Assembly: GCA_963816145.1 (NCBI GenBank)
Contig: CAWFJP010000002.1
Span: 288,245-352,244 of the forward strand
Origin: an uncultured delta proteobacterium
Lineage (GTDB): Bacteria > Desulfobacterota > Binatia > UBA9968
Reading direction: 5' to 3'
Length of the DNA stretch: 64,000 nucleotides
The notes under the pieces: model-generated
Database searches by the model: none
Told to the model about the DNA's origin: nothing
Seen by the model: the letters and a program-made list of their open reading frames with translations, nothing else
In this document: positions 59,298-64,000 of the stretch, piece by piece
Numbering within the stretch: the first letter of the stretch is position 1
Layout of the letters: each line of letters opens with the position of its first letter
Position numbers and translations under genes: made by a program

Positions 59298-60331
59298 ATA
59301 GTAACTGGAGCTCGGTCATGGAAAAAATTTCCGCCGTAGTGCTGGCAGCGATGGGCATGTTGTCGGTTTCCATCGTAGCATTCGCCCAGGGAGAGGATAG
59401 TCTGATTGCCGGAGCGAAAAAGGAAGGCCAGTTAGTGTGGTATACGACGACGGCGCAGACCGACAACAAAGTGCTGCTCGACGCCTTCATGAAAAAATAC
59501 CCATTCATCCGAGCGCAATCTATCCGCGCCGGCGGGCCCGAGTTGGCCGAAAAATTTCTCTTCGAGCGGCGCGCCGGGAAATACCTTGCCGACGTCATCC
59601 GCGTTCTCGATTTCGACGTGGAGAGGTTCAAACGGGAGAACCTGGTGGCGCGTTATCAGTCACCCTCAGCCGAAAAGTTTTCTCCCGACATGAAGGATCC
59701 GGAAGGCTACTGGACGACTGACGACTACACGATCAAGGTTATGGGATATAACACCAAGCTTTTGGCGGCCAAGGATGCGCCCAAATCATGGTTCGATCTG
59801 CTCGAGCCGAAATGGCAAGGCAAAACTGTTGTCGAGGTGCTCGATTATCGTCTCTACGCCGGGTGGGAGCAAAGGCTGGGCGTCGAGAAGGCGACAAAAT
59901 TGGCTGAGGGGATGGCACGGCAAAAGCTCATCTTACGCCGAGGCGCAAGTCAAATTGCCGAACTGCTCGCCGCCGGGGAGTCGCCGCTGGCGCAGGCCTA
60001 TGTGCATCATATCGAGGTGCTGAAGGCGAAAGGTGCACCGGTGGATTGGATCAGAACGTTCGATCCGCTGGTCGCGCTGCGCGGCGGTCTGGCGATATCG
60101 AGCAACGCGCCCCATGCCAACGCAGCGCGGCTTTTCGTCGATTTCTACCTGTCCAAGGAAGGGGCGCAGATCATTCGCACTTGGGGTAAGGTGCCCGGTC
60201 ATCCCGATGTCGAGCCCTTTCACAAGGCGCTGCAAACCAAAGAGCTGAAGATTCAGTTTCTCGAGCCGAAACTGACTGCGCAGAACTACAGCCACTACGC
60301 GGCGATGGCGAAGAAAACCTTTTATCGCTAG
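59294..60331 (+). CDS. ABC substrate-binding protein, Fe3+/AfuA-type
   Basis: GAKKEG.LVWY, F.KKYP, DPEGYW, YNT, PHANAARLFVDF.LS.EG; start at 59294 (ATGA overlap) or 59318. Confidence 0.85.
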   Translation: MNSNWSSVMEKISAVVLAAMGMLSVSIVAFAQGEDSLIAGAKKEGQLVWYTTTAQTDNKVLLDAFMKKYPFIRAQSIRAGGPELAEKFLFERRAGKYLADVIRVLDFDVERFKRENLVARYQSPSAEKFSPDMKDPEGYWTTDDYTIKVMGYNTKLLAAKDAPKSWFDLLEPKWQGKTVVEVLDYRLYAGWEQRLGVEKATKLAEGMARQKLILRRGASQIAELLAAGESPLAQAYVHHIEVLKAKGAPVDWIRTFDPLVALRGGLAISSNAPHANAARLFVDFYLSKEGAQIIRTWGKVPGHPDVEPFHKALQTKELKIQFLEPKLTAQNYSHYAAMAKKTFYR

Positions 60332-60345
60332 CCGCTGTCCTGCCT

Positions 60346-62043
60346 GTGACTAGTTTCGTCTTCGGCAAAAATATCCTGCTCGCGGTTCTTCTCGGGATCG
60401 TGGTCTATTTGACCGTGATCCCCTTGGCAATGATTCTTTATGGTACTTTCCGCGACGGTCCACCCGGCACAGACGCCTCTTTTACCCTGGCCAATTACGT
60501 GCGAGCCTATGGCGACGCGAGTATTCTCGTACTAGCCGCGAATACGATGGTGTTCGCCGGCGGCGCCGCGATAGTGTCCTTCGTCCTTGGCGGTTTTCTC
60601 GCCTGGGTGACGGAGAGAACCGACACGCCGCTCAAGGGTGTTATCTATGGGCTGGCGCTTTTCCCCTTCGTTATTCCCGGCATTCTGACGACAATCGCAT
60701 GGGTTCTTCTGCTCAGTCCAAAGATCGGGTTAATTAATCGATTGCTGATCGATAATTTTGCTCTAGCGCAGGCGCCTTTCAACATTTATTCGATGGCGGG
60801 GATGATTTGGATTTTTGGCATCGACAATATCACTTTGCCGTTTTTTCTCCTGGCTGCGTCGTTTCGCTCGATGGACCCGGCGCTGGAAGAGGCGGGCCGA
60901 GTCTCGGGAATGGGCGCTTTCGGTACTTTTTGGCATGTCAATTTGAAACTCCTGACGCCGACTATCTTCGCCGTGTTACTATTGCTTATCGTGCGCGGCA
61001 TCGAGACCTTCGAAGTGCCCGCTGTCATCGGATTGCCGGCGGAAATCAAAGTTTACGCCAGCGAGATTTTCTTGGCGCTGCGCATGTTTCAACCGCCCGA
61101 TTATAACCTGGCGGGAACTTACTCGATTTTTTACCTGGTAGTGGCATCAGCCGGAGTGGGGCTCTACTTGCGGGCGACCTCGTCGGCGGAGAAATTCGCC
61201 ACGATCACGGGAAAGGGTTATCGGCCGCGCACCCAACGGCTCGGCCGCTGGCGCTATGTCACGGTTTCGTTGGCGTTGGCGATCCTGTTCGTCGGCGTGA
61301 TCCTGCCCTTTTTGATCATCGGCCTAACGTCAATTCTGCCGATTTACAAAAGGCCATCGTGGGATATTGTTGCGTCGTTAAGCCTTGACCCCTACCGCAC
61401 GGTTCTGCGCATGGAACTGTTCCATCAAGCTCTGGTCAACAACATTGTCGTTGGCGTCATCAGCGCGACGGCGGCCGTGGTGCTGGCGATGGCGGTGACC
61501 TGGGTCGTCGTGCGCACGCAACTGCGCGGCCGAAAGCTTCTGGACATTGTCGCCTTCACCCCCATGGCCTTTCCGGGGATCGTCATCGGTCTGGCGCTAC
61601 TGTGGGTGTATCTGACCCTGCCGATTCCGCTCTACGGGACACTGTGGATTTTGATGATCGCCTACGTGACCAAATACGTTCCCTTTGCGCTGCGCGCCTG
61701 TCACACCGCACTGTTGCAACTCCATCCCGAGCTCGAAGAAGCGTCGATCATTTCGGGCTCGTCCTGGCGCAGAACTTTTGTCCGCGTGGTGCTGCCGCTG
61801 ATACTGCCGGGCGTCGCTGCGGGGTGGTTCTATGTTTTAGCGCTCACCTTCAAGGCTTTGTCATTGCCGGTGTTGTTGAGCCATCTGGGTACCGAAGTGC
61901 TTCCCGTAGTGATATACGGCTTCTATGAATCCGGGGATTTTTCCGAGCTCTCTGCTCTCGGCATGATACTCGTTGGCGCTTTGAGCTTGGTCGCCCTCGG
62001 CACGCGAATCTTTGCAACGCAGTTTTCGCTGCACGAGAGATAG
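60346..62043 (+). CDS. FbpB/AfuB-type ABC permease (duplicated TM domain)
   Basis: Two EAA motifs (DPALEEAGRVSG; PELEEASIISG), TITGKG linker. Confidence 0.88.
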   Translation: MTSFVFGKNILLAVLLGIVVYLTVIPLAMILYGTFRDGPPGTDASFTLANYVRAYGDASILVLAANTMVFAGGAAIVSFVLGGFLAWVTERTDTPLKGVIYGLALFPFVIPGILTTIAWVLLLSPKIGLINRLLIDNFALAQAPFNIYSMAGMIWIFGIDNITLPFFLLAASFRSMDPALEEAGRVSGMGAFGTFWHVNLKLLTPTIFAVLLLLIVRGIETFEVPAVIGLPAEIKVYASEIFLALRMFQPPDYNLAGTYSIFYLVVASAGVGLYLRATSSAEKFATITGKGYRPRTQRLGRWRYVTVSLALAILFVGVILPFLIIGLTSILPIYKRPSWDIVASLSLDPYRTVLRMELFHQALVNNIVVGVISATAAVVLAMAVTWVVVRTQLRGRKLLDIVAFTPMAFPGIVIGLALLWVYLTLPIPLYGTLWILMIAYVTKYVPFALRACHTALLQLHPELEEASIISGSSWRRTFVRVVLPLILPGVAAGWFYVLALTFKALSLPVLLSHLGTEVLPVVIYGFYESGDFSELSALGMILVGALSLVALGTRIFATQFSLHER

Positions 62044-62047
62044 CGAC

Positions 62048-63142
62048 ATGATCACCGCAAACAATCTGCGCAAAATATTTTACGATGGCGCCAAAGAGGT
62101 GAGAGCCATCGACGGCGTCTCATTCACAGTCCCGGCGGGTAAGCTGTTTACGCTGCTCGGGCCCAGCGGCTGTGGCAAGACGACGACGCTCAGGTGCATT
62201 GCCGGCTTGGAAACGCCCACCGACGGCGAAATCACCATCGGCAATAAAGTCGTGTTTGCCGATAAACTCGGCTTGGTCGTGCCACCCAACAAACGCAACA
62301 TCGGCATGGTGTTTCAGTCTTATGCGATCTGGCCGCATATGACAGTTTTGCAAAACGTTTACTATCCGCTGAAGAGCAAGGGCTTTGCACGAGCCGAAGC
62401 CCGGGATCGCGCGCGCGCGGCGCTCGACTCCGTAGGACTCCTCGATCTCGCTGACCGCCCGGCGCCTAAACTGTCTGGAGGGCAGCAGCAAAGAGTCGCG
62501 TTGGCGCGGGCGTTAGCGGGTGATCCAGAGGTGCTGTTGCTCGATGAGCCGCTGAGCAATCTGGACGCGAAGCTGCGAGAAGAGATGCGCTCGGGCATCC
62601 GTGCGCTACAGAAGCGCATTCAAATTACTTCTCTCTATGTCACCCATGACCAGATCGAGGCGTTGACGATGTCCGACCAGATCGCCATTATGAACGCCGG
62701 CAAGATCGTCGAGATCGGCAGCCCGCAGGATATTTACCTGCGTCCCCAGACGCGCTTCGCCGCCAACTTTATCGGCATGACCAACGTGATCCCTGGGCAA
62801 GCGAAGGAAGCAAGAGAAGGATTGTGCGTCGTTCAAACATCGCTCGGCGAAATCCATTGCCGCGTGGATGAAAGTCAGTTGTCTGACGATAAAGTTTTAA
62901 TTCTGGTAAGACCCGAGAGCGTGCATCTGTCCAGTCATGGTCAAATAACCGGGAAAAATATCTGGCCCGGCGAAGTCAAAGGGAAAGTTTTCATGGGTGA
63001 TTACATCGATTGCGAAGTCGCTTGCGATGGCCTTTCCCTGCGCGCCAAAATCGATCCCTACAGTGATCTTCGTGAGACCGACAAGGTTTATGTCTCGGTG
63101 GATCCCAGCCGTTGCGCGGTAATTCCGCTGGCTGAATCGTAA
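62048..63142 (+). CDS. FbpC/PotA-type ABC ATP-binding protein with TOBE domain
   Basis: GPSGCGKTT, FQSYAIWPHM, LSGGQQQR, LDEPLSNLD, YVTHDQ. Confidence 0.92.
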   Translation: MITANNLRKIFYDGAKEVRAIDGVSFTVPAGKLFTLLGPSGCGKTTTLRCIAGLETPTDGEITIGNKVVFADKLGLVVPPNKRNIGMVFQSYAIWPHMTVLQNVYYPLKSKGFARAEARDRARAALDSVGLLDLADRPAPKLSGGQQQRVALARALAGDPEVLLLDEPLSNLDAKLREEMRSGIRALQKRIQITSLYVTHDQIEALTMSDQIAIMNAGKIVEIGSPQDIYLRPQTRFAANFIGMTNVIPGQAKEAREGLCVVQTSLGEIHCRVDESQLSDDKVLILVRPESVHLSSHGQITGKNIWPGEVKGKVFMGDYIDCEVACDGLSLRAKIDPYSDLRETDKVYVSVDPSRCAVIPLAES

Positions 63143-63391
63143 TCATCCTTGAACCATGGCCGGGAGCAGAGCAAGGCTGCGCCGTGGAAAGTTTTGTCGG
63201 CGCGGGCAAATGTTTCTCGCCGATTGACCGCCGCTGCACCGCCACCGGGCGTATGCCATACACCCCTACATGCGGGTTTCTCTGGGAAATTCTTGGCGTG
63301 GCGCCAGTTCCTTCGCATGCGCTCAGGACAAGCTTTGCAGCTAATTCTGCGTTTCCGAATCGTCTTTCGTTGCGGCTCTGCCACGCCGCTC

Positions 63392-64000
63392 TTAGCGCCG
63401 GTAGTTCTCGCTGCCCCAGATTTCTTTCATGAACCCGGTTTTTTCCAGATTGTTGACGAAACTATTGTCATAAATCTCTTCGGGCTTTCTCCGGATCGGC
63501 GTGCCGTCTTGCGCGCGATCTCGATGGTCTCGGCGACCGACTTTGCCGGGGACGACCATGGTGCGGTCGACGATTTCTTTGGCGTAGACGTTGTAGGAGG
63601 ACTGTAAGGCTTCGTCGTCGTTGGTTGCATGGCTTTGCGATCGCAGCTTTCGCCTTGTCGGGATTTTTTTCGACGAAGTGACTGCTTCCGCAAATGCGGC
63701 GACAGTGCGTTGGACGATCTCGGGACGGTCGCGCAGCATCTTGTAGCTGGTGTGGAGCGGTGCTGTAGATGAACGGGAGTTCGAGATCGATCAGCCGATA
63801 GATCACGTTGAAGCCGGCGTTCTTGGCGCGGCATCCAAGGGCGGTGTGACGGTAACAGCCTGGACGATGTTGGCCGCCATCGCTTGGTAGCGCTCTCCTT
63901 GGCTGCCGCCGATGGGACGGATCGACACCATGTCAGGCGTCAAGCCGAACTTCTTGACGACCGCGCGGGTGAGCTTATCGCTCAAGTCTCCAGCGCGGGC
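63392..64000 (-). CDS. C-terminal part of a NitT/TauT-type substrate-binding protein with multiple indels; 5' end outside the window
   Basis: Fragments in shifting frames: IGGSQGERYQAM, VTPPLD, LELPFIY, RPEIVQRTVAAFAEA, KPEEIYDNSFVNNLEKTGF. Confidence 0.65.

Overview
A GC-rich bacterial chromosome segment. The many NitT/TauT-type binding proteins, the core MetE-like protein and the LLM, VOC and xanthine-dehydrogenase-family genes suggest a Candidatus Binatia/deltaproteobacterial genome; this is inference. Positions 1-38.9 kb are mostly housekeeping and envelope genes: MetE-like, DTW, two mgtE, purMN, htrA, tatA, pmtA, AsmA-like, typA, ABC exporters, htpX and a transglutaminase-ABC cassette, ending at tRNA-Asn(GTT). 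Positions 39-64 kb are an almost entirely plus-strand accessory redox, catabolic and transport tract. The ORF track misses two likely selenoproteins. One is a peroxiredoxin-like UxxC protein (43790-44341) downstream of an orphan molybdoenzyme large subunit and OsmC. The other is an AhpD-like CxxU protein (53412-54003). In both, an in-frame TGA falls at a catalytic Cys position and is followed by a SECIS-like hairpin. Other highlights are three paralogous two-domain VOC metalloenzymes among transporter genes, a heptamer-repeat hairpin that separates a Shine-Dalgarno from its ATG but could re-juxtapose them by folding, and several families of intergenic palindromic repeats. Scattered 1-nt indels suggest an unpolished long-read assembly. 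No CRISPR array, integrase or transposase was seen.
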